64,000 nucleotides of DNA from Paraphysomonas bandaiensis (taxonomy: Eukaryota > Protista > Chrysophyceae), in assembly GCA_965644295.1 (NCBI GenBank), contig CBFFRP010000141.1, positions 1 to 64,000 on the forward strand, read 5' to 3'. Within the stretch, counting starts at the first letter, position 1, and each line of letters opens with the position of its first letter. A program made the position numbers and the translations under genes. Below, piece after piece: positions 38,652 to 50,514 of this stretch. The notes beneath the pieces were generated by a model. The model was not told where the DNA came from and searched no databases. It saw only the letters and a list, made by a program, of their open reading frames with translations.

Positions 38652-40275
38652 TCACGAAAAGCATATTTTAACGGTTACAGTGAGATTAAGGGCGGTATCT
38701 CTAATCCTGAGCACCTCGCCATTCACTATGAGATCATGCAGTGTTTTCGGGAGATTACATTGCGTCTGCTCACGCAGAGAAGGAGGGTTAGGCGCATACA
38801 GCGTCAACGAATCGGAGCTTATGAATGGCGCCTTCATCTGATAGCCTGGATCTTCCGCCAGTGTCTGCAACAAGGCCTCTAGAGTCGAGTCACTTGGCAA
38901 GTGTAGCGTACGGAAAGGTGGATCAGCACATACGATACAGTCCTTGTTCTGCTGATACTCAAAAGAAGATGTGTATAGTCCTTGTCCGCCCATGTACATC
39001 AGGTAATTATTGAGGCTCTGGGAGGCAAAAGAAAGAAGCTTTAAAGCTTCATTAACGCAGGCAGCAGCGATTACAGCATTAGTTGAAGCAACAGCAGGAA
39101 TGACGTTTTTAACAACTCCTACACGAGAATGAGAAATGGCACTATCGATTCTGTTCCACTCACCTAATGTAAGAAAGTATGTAACTCCCTCTATACCGTA
39201 CTGTTGAGCCCGCCGAAGAGCGACGTGATACACCCACTGCATGTCATTAGGGCTGTCTGTGTCAAGTTTGCGATCGGGAAAAGTGCGCTCCCACTCTATT
39301 GCGAATGCGTAGGTAATACAGTGCTCCGGTAGACGGGGTGTTTCTGCAAAAACAGTCAGGACGATATGAGAAAACCAATGCCAAGTAGGACGGTTGGGTT
39401 ACAAAGGCATACCTCGTATGGTACACAGCGGGAAGTGCCTTTGCGGAGGGAAAAGCTCCATTGAACATTCGAAGCATGAGGTCACCTTAGGAATGATTAC
39501 TCGGGCCTGACCTTTAAGTCCTTCGGTGCCCCCGTCTATCAGAGGCACAATGCTTTCAGGTACAATATCCCCATCTTCATCGTACTGAACGAGGCCTACC
39601 AGCACATTATTCAGCCATCGGCGAGCCTCAATATTGTCCAGCCCGGATACGACCACATTGAATTCCGAATAGAAGTCCTCACCGTAGTCCTGAATCTTTC
39701 CATGGCGGGCAGTCACACTGCACCCAGGAACACGAGACATTATGAAATCTGCAGCTACAAGAGCTTTCGACTTTCCAACATCATCCATACGGAAAAGAAA
39801 TTGTCTGTTCAAATTGGAAATATCGATAGTGTCGAGGTCAATGACTGTGATGTTCGTCAGGCCACTGAGAGCGAGATTTTTAAGTATCTGAAAGAGAAAT
39901 TAATTTAATTATCGCAAACCGGATCCCAAACCTCACACCCCAACCCTCCAGCCCCTATAACTAGAATCTTCTTCTCTCTAAGAGATGTGTGTAGCTGTGC
40001 ACATGTCAGATAGTCACACAGACAGACATCAGAGACATGCCTGAGAGGACGGCTCATAGTAACCATTCGGAAGCTTCCCCGTCTCATTACCGAAAGGGCT
40101 GGGCCTCGACATTATCTGATTTACATTCATAAGAATCGCACTATGGATATACATACATATATATTGTCTTATACTACACGTGTATAAGTATGTATATGTA
40201 TGTAAGTATGTATGTGTGTGTTACTTTGTTGAGGTGGTCGAAGTGAAGAGTAGATGCTCTGTCTTCCACCTCCAT
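38652..40275 (-). CDS. UBA3: NEDD8-activating enzyme E1 catalytic subunit; multi-exon
   Basis: [12 protein letters not shown]; [17 protein letters not shown]; [10 protein letters not shown]; [14 protein letters not shown]; catalytic [14 protein letters not shown]; [15 protein letters not shown]; C-terminal E2-binding region. Confidence 0.93.
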
Positions 40276-40742
40276 GCCTGTGACGCGCTGACGGTAACGG
40301 GGATAACAATAAGTGCAAGTCAGTTAATTTAATTGTACAGCAGGTGCACTAGAGTCGTGTGCCCGCAGCTTCGATATTTGTGTATATGTTTGCACGTACC
40401 TTAACACATCATACGGCAGAGTACGTATACCGCATACCTATAGCAGTATACCACACTGTTCTGCACATATTGTACCAAGTAGCCTGTTCTTATATACAGT
40501 GCACAGATATCCGGATATCCGGATTTCGATATCAAGAAATTCTCAATGTTTCTCTTGAAAATAGGGATATATAGAGTACTCCTGCACAGCAGTGATACAC
40601 AGCAGTATATACATACATATATAGGCAGGATCGTTGTGGGTCAGGAGATGGCATAGCATGAGGAGGGGCGTATTTGAATTCACAGCCATGTCAGTGATTA
40701 TCGCTTGTCACTCCGTCTCAATGCACCCCCACATATTGTTCC

Positions 40743-41843
40743 ATGAAGGCATATGTGGTGGTGTGTTTGATCGCAGCGGCAGTGTCTGTGTGTGTCCAGG
40801 GCCAGTCGCTCCCCTCTATATCTCAACCCTCCTGTCTCCACAACAGTGACTGCGATTGTGACCGTGCATCTCTATCTTCCAAATGTGTATCCGTTACTTA
40901 TCGAAGTCTTCATAAGCGTGATAGAGGTGATAAGTCGAAGACACGTAAGAAACCTAAGCGAGGCAAAACAAAGAATCGTCCTCGTACGATATCACCCACT
41001 TCAGCACCTTCAAAGCAACCCATTTCCCCACCCACTTCAGCACCTTCAAAGCAACCCATTTCCCCACCCACTTCAGTACCTTCAAAGCAACCCATTTCCC
41101 CACCCACTTCAGTACCTTCAAAGCAACCCATCTCCCCGCCCACTTCAGTACCTTCAAAGCAACCCATCTCATCCATACCTTATCTTTCAGTACCCACAGA
41201 AATACCCCAACTCAGTTCTCCAACCTTAAACCCCCTCCCGACTAATACTCCTACATCAACTGTTTTCTCTTCTTCCCCTACTCCATCTCAGATTCCACCA
41301 CCTTCTTCACTTCCATATGCCTCTCCTACTCTTACCCCTTCTTCGCATCCAAGTACCCCTCCTACTCCTACTCCTACCCCTACTTCGCATCCAAGTATCC
41401 CTCCTACTTTTACCCCTTCGTTACACCCAGTTTCATCACATTCGCCAACTCATGTTCCTACCCCACTTTCTTCACCCAACTTCTCACCTCCAACTTCTTC
41501 ACCTATATTGGAAGTAGCACCTTATTCTCCATCATGTCAACCCCCAAGCACTCGTCCTTCCAATTCCTATTTTCCTATTTCGACTCCTGTCTCCGTTCCA
41601 AGTGTTAAATCTTCATATCCGACATTTTCACCGTTAGTATCAGAATTCCCAACGTATCCGAGTGAGTTAAGGGTACCCACAAAGTTTGACCCGCCACTCA
41701 GCAGCGATAGTGATGGCAGTGATGGCAGCGATGGTAGCGTTGACGAAGAGCATGTGTTCACATCTGGTTACCCAAGGAGTACTACGGTGTCGCGGTATCA
41801 TATTTTTTTCTACTTTATTGTAGTGTATTTATTAGGCATTTGA
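40743..41843 (+). CDS. Predicted secreted Pro/Ser/Thr-rich (mucin-like) protein; 3' end uncertain
   Basis: Signal-peptide-like start MKAYVVVCLIAAAVSVCVQG, a 4-Cys patch, a basic stretch, PTS(A/V)PSKQPISP repeats and a hydrophobic end. Confidence 0.65.
   Translation: MKAYVVVCLIAAAVSVCVQGQSLPSISQPSCLHNSDCDCDRASLSSKCVSVTYRSLHKRDRGDKSKTRKKPKRGKTKNRPRTISPTSAPSKQPISPPTSAPSKQPISPPTSVPSKQPISPPTSVPSKQPISPPTSVPSKQPISSIPYLSVPTEIPQLSSPTLNPLPTNTPTSTVFSSSPTPSQIPPPSSLPYASPTLTPSSHPSTPPTPTPTPTSHPSIPPTFTPSLHPVSSHSPTHVPTPLSSPNFSPPTSSPILEVAPYSPSCQPPSTRPSNSYFPISTPVSVPSVKSSYPTFSPLVSEFPTYPSELRVPTKFDPPLSSDSDGSDGSDGSVDEEHVFTSGYPRSTTVSRYHIFFYFIVVYLLGI
40996..41170 (+). repeat. 36-bp coding tandem repeat, ~5 copies
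   Basis: Unit cccacttcag(c/t)accttcaaagcaacccatttcccca. Confidence 0.9.
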
Positions 41844-42366
41844 ATTTTTGAAGTGCGTTGCATTGTCGCGATACTTATTTGGTGTTTCGTCTTTTTTTGC
41901 GTGCATTGTATAAAGATACCTAAGTGCAATTACTCGGTGATGCGATAACACGATGACTGCTTACTGCACGGGTCTCATAAAGTAACTACTCACCTGGATT
42001 TTGTACTGACTGAATGAATATACTTCATATCGACCACGTATAAGGCACCATAACAGTTGGGTCGCTCATTGATTTGCTGAATAACATATGGCGTAATTAT
42101 TCATTGTCTACACCGCCGATCTGGTGGCTTAGAGGATGTGAATGACATGAACGAAGGGAAATAACTAGAAAGTGGAGTTAAGCTTTAAGTCATGCTATAC
42201 TCTTACCACTGAGTTAATAACATTAAACTGTTAGACACCACAGTCATTCTTACTAGTCAAAACATTACCATTATTGTTACAGTAGTAATCACCGCATGAG
42301 CTATTGTTTACCTTATATCCTTATATTGCTATTTTTATTGTTAATGCTCTGAAAAACTATTACAAG

Positions 42367-43800
42367 AGGGATCTATTATTCAACCTAGTTAAATTGGTTG
42401 AATTAAATTGGTGTAAAACCCGAGTTAAGTATTTGAAAACCCTAGTCATTTAATAATTCAATTTACAATTTATATAGAGGGAGCATACTCTAGCCATCAA
42501 TTAATGAAAATTCAACCATTGTACACATGCAATACATCATGTTTCATCTTCAAATGCAATGGCTCAGCAACATGAGCGGTGAAGCGCTGTCCTGACCACT
42601 TGGTGGTATGTACTCTCCTTCGCACCGCATATTGTTGCAGGATGTCTATAGAAATTTTTAGGTCCATAGGGTCTCTCGCCATATGATCCTGATACACCGC
42701 TCATGTTGCTGAGCCATTGCAGCATTGGGAGCAGCAAATTTATATGGCGTGTGCAGCGACTGATATTATTGATCGATTTCAGGATCATTTCTATGAACAA
42801 ATGAAAATGGCAATAGAGAGTTCTGCAGCAGATATTTCTCAACTTTCTCAACTAATTTTATATCGAAGAACAGATTCGAAATATAAGCATGGCTTTTGGA
42901 TTGGGTGATACCGATGCAGAGATCTTAGTATCACAATTTTTGAAGATGAAACATGATGTATTGCATGTGTACAATAGAAGGATCGACAGAGAATATCACA
43001 GTGAGACATTGCAGCAATCAAACGAGAATTGGGCAGTTTCTCGTGACCAAGTCCGGTGAAGTTCGACAACCTCCTTCATTTCATGGGCATCGAACCCAAC
43101 AATCTTAGGGTGGGTAAGGATGTCATCAATCTTAGGGTTAAGTAGATATGTATATATGAGCTTTCCCTCAACAAAGTCGGACTCGCACCTTTTCGTGGTG
43201 TTCTGGGGGATAAGTACCGGAGAGATTCTCTCTGGGAAACTAACGTGAGCCGCAAACATAGTCAGCAGATATTCTTCTGCCCACTCATAGCCGAATGCTT
43301 GTGTGGTACAAGGGACACCAATAAGTGTCACTTGTGTAGACGTCTTTGGGCCCTGACGAATAAACAGGCATCCGGGAATGGGCCCACCTGAAGGGTAACC
43401 GGGGTATTGGGCTGCCTGCTGAAGTCAAGCATCCGGGATGTTCACCTTAAGAACTCAGAGCGGAAGTGGTTGCACCTTGGTGCTTGCGGCGACGCACAAG
43501 CAGCTTTCGTAGCGTTAAATAGTAGGATAAAAAAAGTGTGTACTGATTAGTTACAGGTAGAGGTCTAACTAGTTTGTCTAGCATTCATCTAGCTACTAAA
43601 TCGGTGCAGGTTTTTAACGCCTATTGCTAAATAAAAGACTTTCAATATATATGAGCTTATTGTTATATTTGAATGTTTGTTTTGAAACTCTGTAAGCCAC
43701 TAATATATTGTGCGGTGTGAGATAGCATCTTAGACAGTCACAGTGTGTAAGAAAACGACTAGGCTGAATACCAAAATTGACTAGGTTGAGTCATTTAGCT
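42367..43800 (-). mobile_element. Degraded DNA transposon (possibly PIF/Harbinger-like), longer relative of the 25.4-kb MITE
   Basis: Ends match the MITE (gggatctattattcaacctag; gactaggttgagtcattt). Broken internal ORF pieces (NFTGL, LLLPMLQWL) resemble Harbinger transposase N-termini. The superfamily call is weak. Confidence 0.5.
43164..43645 (+). mobile_element. Apparently full-length family A element (~482 bp) with 13-bp TSD
   Basis: Perfect direct repeat tatatatgagctt at 43151-43163 and 43646-43658. The 5' end tccctcaacaaag coincides with the start of the 56038 copy. The 3' end matches 1910-1937. Confidence 0.8.
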
Positions 43801-44467
43801 AAAATGGTGTAAGTAGCGAAGATGCACAGAACACAGTCTTCCACGGCGTCAATGAGTCACTATATTCAGATTCATTCGCCTCTGCGGCATGTACTACATC
43901 TCCCCTCATGCGCACAAAGTCATTATCCTCGATGTTGCTTTATATCATCAATTCTAGCGACTAAAGAATTAAGATGCAAGGGTTTATCCTCATACCAAAA
44001 TCAGAGAGATAGATGGTCATTTCATCAATCGAATATTAGACTTCTTTGTCGCTTACTAATCCTAATCACTAACAGTGACTTATAGATCGTAGTCTTTAAA
44101 TTAGTGGCGAAGATCGAAGTGCATACGACGACATCCGACTCTGCTCTGCGCTTCTGGATATCAAGATCACTACAATACTACAGCAGCGTACAGCAGTATA
44201 ACCATATACTACAATCCTACACATATACCTGTATGTACTCTGGATATGAATACGTAGAGGCCTCACATGTACAGAGTACCACACATAAAGTATAGAGGAG
44301 TGCAGTGGTAGGATACAGCAGTGTGTACGTGTACATCAAGATGACTGGAATGGAGTATAGTCAGCATATATGCAGGCAGAGTGTGGTGATGCGATAGACC
44401 CATAGCAGTGTACCCGGCTGACTGTATGCAGACAGACAGACAATCAACAGCACAGCAGGAGCACAGC

Positions 44468-46765
44468 ATGGTGAACGAGCAGGAGCTTCGAGCGGCCGTG
44501 TTTTCAGTGCTTGACGACAGCACAGATGACTATGAGAGTCGCCCCTTCTCTCATCTTAGAAGTGAGGTGGAAAGTATACTCAAACTACCCCCTCGATCAC
44601 TTGCAGAGCACAGGGAGACCATCACAGATATGATAGTGGAGCACAGGAACCTCAGAGCGGGTCAGTATGATGCGGCTCATGCTCTTGAGCCTGACGACGA
44701 TGCTCAGCCCGAGAAACTCGGAAAGTTCTCGAAATATGAGAGTGAAGTCATAATGTCACACGTGAACGCATATTTGGAGGCCAACAGCTTGGATGTTAGC
44801 GATATTTCCTCGACATTTAGGGACAGTGATGCATACACTCGCGGTCAACACTCGCTACTATGGAAAGACATATCCAGCGAACTACCGATGCGCAAGCCAT
44901 CTGTTAGTGTGTTACCTGTGTAGCTCATATGCAAAGTAATTAATGACTGCAGCAAATATACTATCATGCCATGCGCCAGTTGGCTAATATTACACGCAAC
45001 GGTGCGTGGACACAGGAGGAGAAAGACACTCTAAAAGCTATGGTAAATGGGTCTCAAGAAATTCATGGAAAAATTGACTTGCCATTTAGGTCAAAGTCCA
45101 TGGATCAAATTGGATTCGTATCGGAAAACTAATGAATCGATACTCATGTGAGTGACTTCTGACGGCTAACACTGCTATTTGCTCACTATTCATTTTGTCG
45201 TGTCATTTAGTGGATTGCAAGGACGCTTACAAGTTGTTCGCTAGGAAGAAAAGGGGTGAGCACTCATGCTACGCGTAGATTAGTATAATATAATTTTCTC
45301 CAGGGCGTTTCACTGAAGAAGAAGATAGTGAACTCACAAAAGCCGTACGGACAGTCACCAACTCGAGTGGTGAGCATCACAGCAATGCTGCTCTGGGAAG
45401 AATAATATATACTTTAATTTAGATGACATACCGATATGGGAGCTACCAGCGGTAGATATTAGTTGGAAGGCGGTAGGAGCACTGATGGGAAATGAGAGGA
45501 TCCCCCTTGACTATCAGCGCAGGTGGCACCGGATTCGGGCGGGGGTATGTACTTTTGGCTCGAATGCTGGTACGTTTACTCGAGTTGATTGTGATGCACA
45601 GGGTAGTAGCGCAACAAAGGGCCGGCAAGTGCTGGATCAGCCCGTAAGCGCGAGCCGATCACTGACAAACAAGAAGCTTTTGTCGTACTTGATGAAGAGG
45701 TAAGACTTTATAGTAGCACGATTACTAGAAGTCACACGTTTGTGTTATTAATTGGTAGTGATGCGGAAGATGAATCTGAGCTGAATTGGAATTCAATTGA
45801 TCGTGAGCTCAATCTTTTCGGAGCCACATCATGTAAATATTCTTTTTTTGTACCCCGCCTTTATGTAACACTGCTATTGATATACAGTGATGACCTGGAA
45901 GATGATGTGCAAGCAGAAATTGTTCGACGATAACATCGGTTTTGAAGACCGTCTGGACGCTTTGGCGAGGGACTACGGCGTGAGAGAGGACGGATCTTAT
46001 GATGAAGACACTGAATCCTCGACGCCAGTGTCAACTGTAGGTGGTGTCAATAGAAGGCGCACCGGTCGCTCTCAACATGCTACGGTTAGCTCTTGTGCTG
46101 GGAATACCGACAAGGAATTAGATTTTAGTGCAATTTCAATAAAGCTTGAATGCACTACTGAAGCTCGTGACAGTACAGTGCGTGGTACAGCTGAAGTACG
46201 TAATCCAAGACAAAGCGAATGTAAAAACTCTGCTATTGATGTGAATCAACAAGATACTGGTAGCAGCTTCGACTCTTCGCAGCAACCGAAGAAAAAGAAG
46301 AAGAAAGAGAAAAGCCGAGAAAATGTCGCTGACGTTACTGGTACAAGTGAAGTACAACCAAACTCTTCCAATGTGAATCAACAAGATACTAGTAGCAGCT
46401 TCGACTCTTCGCAGAAACCAAAGAAAAAGAAGAAGAAAGAGAAAAGCCGAGAAAATGTCGCGGACGTTACTGGTACAAGTGAAGTACAACCAAACTCTTC
46501 CGATGCGAATCAACAAGATACTGGTAGCAGCTTCGACTCTTCGCAGAAACCAAAGAAAAAGAAGAAGAAAGAGAAAAGCCGAGAAAATGTCGCGGACGTT
46601 ACTGGTACAAGCGAAATACAACCAAACTCTTCAGTAAAAAAGAAGAAAAAGAAGAAACGCACAAAAGAAGCTTCTGAAGTCATAACGGGAGTATCTGGTA
46701 GTGAAGAGTGCACCCACCGCGAGAAAAAGAAGAAAAAGAAAAGGAAGCACGATGAAATAATATGA
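44468..46765 (+). CDS. DEK-C-like N-terminus + multi-Myb protein (Reb1/TTF1/DMTF1-like) with Lys-rich tail; many short introns
   Basis: ELRAAVFSVL..LRSEVESIL; GKFSKYE; LWKDISSELP.R; spliced GAWTQEEKDTLK..HGSNWIRIGKLMNR; GRFTEEEDSEL. Confidence 0.72.
46238..46633 (+). repeat. 132-bp (44-aa) coding tandem repeat, 3 copies
   Basis: DVNQQDTGSSFDSSQ(Q/K)PKKKKKKEKSRENVADVTGTSEVQPNSS at a 132-nt period (46241, 46373, 46505). Confidence 0.92.
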
Positions 46766-48525
46766 GAAAACATCACAGTTATTTAAGTAGTGTATAGAAT
46801 AGCCAATGGGATGTTTGCAGGTATGAGTGTATTTTGTCGTGTATGACGCGGCTTCACAGTTATCGAAAAGCATATTCTCCACTCTGTTTACTGCCCAACG
46901 TTACCATAATACTTTAATATAGTTAGTGTTCCTTGTACTTATTATTATTTATTTTAACTGTTGACATTATGGAAATTGGGTTATATTGCTTGCACTTGTA
47001 GCCGACCAGATCTAATCATAATTCTAAAAGAATAGCGAGACTAAGAATAGTTTCTGAATATGCCCGCACAAGCCAACAATCTCACAACAATAACATACAC
47101 AGTAATTGGCCCGAAGTAATACATATATATATCGAGTGTCGGGAAAAATAGAGCTTTTCTCTCCCCTCCCTTCGTTTTTTAGTAAACATTATTTTATAAT
47201 GGATTGAGGATTGAGAGCTAGAGAGATAGCTTCGTGCAGTGACTTTTCATCACATGTTCGTATCACCGTCACACTCTTAATCAGATCAGTAAAATCACAT
47301 ACAAGAGAAATATATTTTTCTCAATTCTTGTATATCATTTCTCAAGAAAAAATATTTCTAATCCTATCAACGAATATTCGGCAATGATCTCGATTTATCA
47401 TAGAAAGTCCACTTCTGACCTAACCCACTCCCTCACCCGTTCACCATATAGGCGGACTATATTCTGTGAGAGCCACTCGACTGCTTCACCCGTGTTCGAC
47501 TTCACAAAGATTATGCGGGATTTGATAGCTACGCATGACTTACGTATATAACTCGACCAAATTCTAGCAAGGCCACATTGGCCTTTCCAGCCCTGGCAAA
47601 GATTACGCCGTATTCGTTTTAGCTACGCATGTCCCATGTATGCATTGATAAGACCTAGAAAAGCACTGACTTAGCCCCATAATCATGTTTAACTGGTAAT
47701 CATGTATAGTGTAGATCTAGCTTGAGCTCGATTGGCGTAAGAATCAAAGAATATGCCGGGATTTTAACAAAGGTCGTTGTATTGCTTAGGTCAATCAACA
47801 CAAGAACTACACTAAGCCGACATCTACTAACGATTCTTTAAAATAATTTATATACACGCTCAGTATATATACTCTGTTCAGTGAATAAACACTTGCAGAT
47901 ATTTCATTGTTACAAGTCGTCATGCGCTGTGTTGTCACATGCATCTCGTCGTGGAAGACCCCATGCATCAATGTGTCACTAGAAGAGCTGAATAACCGCA
48001 TTCTCAGACACGAACAACGGGAAACCCTCTCACTCATATGCACATGTTGTGGTGGCGTTAAATGACAAGATAGAGATACGATACACTATATGGTGGGTAG
48101 ATGCTATTCACAGCAGCAGTATACTGGAGGCTGATATGTTGGAATAACAGCACCAAGGCTCCTGATAAGGCAGGAACTCACATGATCTACAGTATGCATG
48201 TATGCATGTTGTGTTGATAGCGCGCATAGATACCGTGCTGGCTGTGCCGTGCCGCATGCATCTTGAAGCAAATATACTCCACATTACTTCAATACAACTA
48301 CGGCTGGTATACAGATAATTGTTGTCTCAATAGTAGAGGCATCTTGGACTACGCTGTATTATACTGTATTTGCTCTTTGTGTCTGCATATGGATATGGCT
48401 ATACACGTACACAGCAGCATGCAGCAACAGGCAGCAGGTCAGCATGGAGAGAACATATGCATATGACAGCTGGCTGCGTCCTCACAGACTATGTGTAGTT
48501 GACGCTGCCCTTCAACAGTGAATAA

Positions 48526-49155
48526 ATGGCATCGTGCTATGCTGGTAATGCTGACGCAGAGAATACAGGGACCACTAACGTTGACAGCAGGTGCAGATAT
48601 CTCCCTCTGACTCGACTGATCTCTTACAATGGTCATGAGCTACAGATAGAGCTATCCTGTTTTCGTGGAGATGCCGAATATCAACAGGGTTTTGAATTAA
48701 TGAATATGGTAATTGCTGAAGGAAAGAGCTGGCCATACTTAGAGTGTTTCTCCACTATGGCCCAGTATCGTGCTTACTTTCATTCGCACGCATCTTTCGC
48801 GGTTCGATTCTCTGATCAGATCACCTATGGGACGGAGATACTAGGGTGTTTCTATGTTAAACCTAATTTTCCAGGTCGATGCTCGCACGTCTGTAATGGC
48901 GGGTTTATTACTCATCCTAAGTATAGAGGTCTTGGAATTGGAACTTTCATGGGTGAAGCATTTAAGAAAATAGCAAAAGACCTAGGGTATCGCTGTTCTC
49001 TATTTAATCTAGTGTTTGCAAACAATACTTCGAGTGTTGCACTTTGGAAGAAGTTAGGTTTTGTCGAATTGGCTGTGATTCCTGGAGCAGCAGTATTAAA
49101 TGGTACTGACGGGTATGTAGACGCCATTCAAATGTTTTACGATTTTACTGCATAA
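48526..49155 (+). CDS. GNAT acetyltransferase, Mpr1/Spt10-like
   Basis: EGKSWP; GCFYVKPNFPGRCSHVCNGGF; acetyl-CoA motif RGLGIG; FNLVFANN..SVALWKKLGF. Confidence 0.88.
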   Translation: MASCYAGNADAENTGTTNVDSRCRYLPLTRLISYNGHELQIELSCFRGDAEYQQGFELMNMVIAEGKSWPYLECFSTMAQYRAYFHSHASFAVRFSDQITYGTEILGCFYVKPNFPGRCSHVCNGGFITHPKYRGLGIGTFMGEAFKKIAKDLGYRCSLFNLVFANNTSSVALWKKLGFVELAVIPGAAVLNGTDGYVDAIQMFYDFTA

Positions 49156-50514
49156 ACTATATCAGTCTAACCACTACATCAATAAATTATACGGTGATAA
49201 TAATATTACTATTATAGTGGTGTTTTTGGTTTTCTAACTGCTTTACAACAGATACGAAACTCATGCCTGGATTATTTTAATCCGGGGGAACAAAATATTA
49301 AAGAGAGTAGTATTAGTCTGAAATATGTTATTAATATTTATAAAAGTGTTTTAGTGCGCTCAACAATAGTATAACGGGCATGTAGTTTAGGACAAGCTCG
49401 ATGCACTGCTTCCCTTTTTTTCTTTCAATATAATGGGCACCACTTAGGAACTGCGCTTTGAAATACTAAATTAATCATACTAATTTCGCTGTCCTATAGT
49501 TCACGAGTGAATACTATGATAAAGCTCTAAATTACTAAAACCAAATTAAAATGATTCCGCGATCTTTCCTTTTCAGGAGTTTCATGTCCTGTGTTAGTTT
49601 CACCATCGACAACATCCCAAAAGAATTTTTAAAATGAATCTACTGTCAAATATATTCTACGATCACGATGTGCTAATGAGACCTGTGTAAATTCAGAGGA
49701 TATCTCCATATTATTTCATACTAAGTGCCCTGATATCTTAATGTTCACTGTACTATAAAATAGATACTACGCCCTCGATATTTGCATGAGTTTGTTATAT
49801 CGGGCTGCTCAGCTGTGAGGATACATTGATCGGAGTTTAGAGGAGTTTCATCAGCTTGGATCATTCATTCCTGGCGCAGTGAATGAAGCGCGTTACTTAA
49901 ATACTCTTCGGGTCTGGAGAGATTCGATCTCTTCGGACCATGTAAGACTCTTTTTGTAATCTACTCTACATGTACCACCTACGTGTTGCATTTGTCACTC
50001 TACTCTACACACTCGTATAGGACATACATCACTGATGTCCTCAACAGCACATGAGTTGTCATCAATGTTACATAGAGGTAGAGATGCTGTACTGCTGCTG
50101 TGGTGCATGAGTACAGTGTGTATGAGCACAGTACAGTGCAGTGTACAGTGTAATCTGTAATCTTCGTTTCAGTTCTACTCTCGTAATACAGTGATGGAAT
50201 ACGGCTATATTCTTCATATGTACTCTGCTGCATATGGAGATAACCACCTCCTCACAGCTCACAGCACGGCAGACTCACTACATCACACGCTCATGACAGA
50301 TACGCCTCTCTTCGATATACAGAGTGCGTAAGACGACGTTATTCGCTTGTCACTTCTCTGAGGCTCACATCGCTCGTGCCTTCATGACAGCGCTTCCATC
50401 ATACATCACAGCACACACACCTCTCTTCGAGCTGGATGAATAATTCCATTAACTGAACCTTTCCACGGATAATTTATATTAGTTGCCGTTTGTTGTTTAA
50501 TTGATTGTATTTCT

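Noticed and set aside
43350-43530. Hammerhead (CUGACGA) or pistol-like (GUUAAAUAG) motifs in family A
   Set aside because: Neither is conserved in the other copies, and the required partner elements are absent.
47400-47800. Possible Gypsy integrase/chromodomain remnant
   Set aside because: Similarity is too weak to support by eye.
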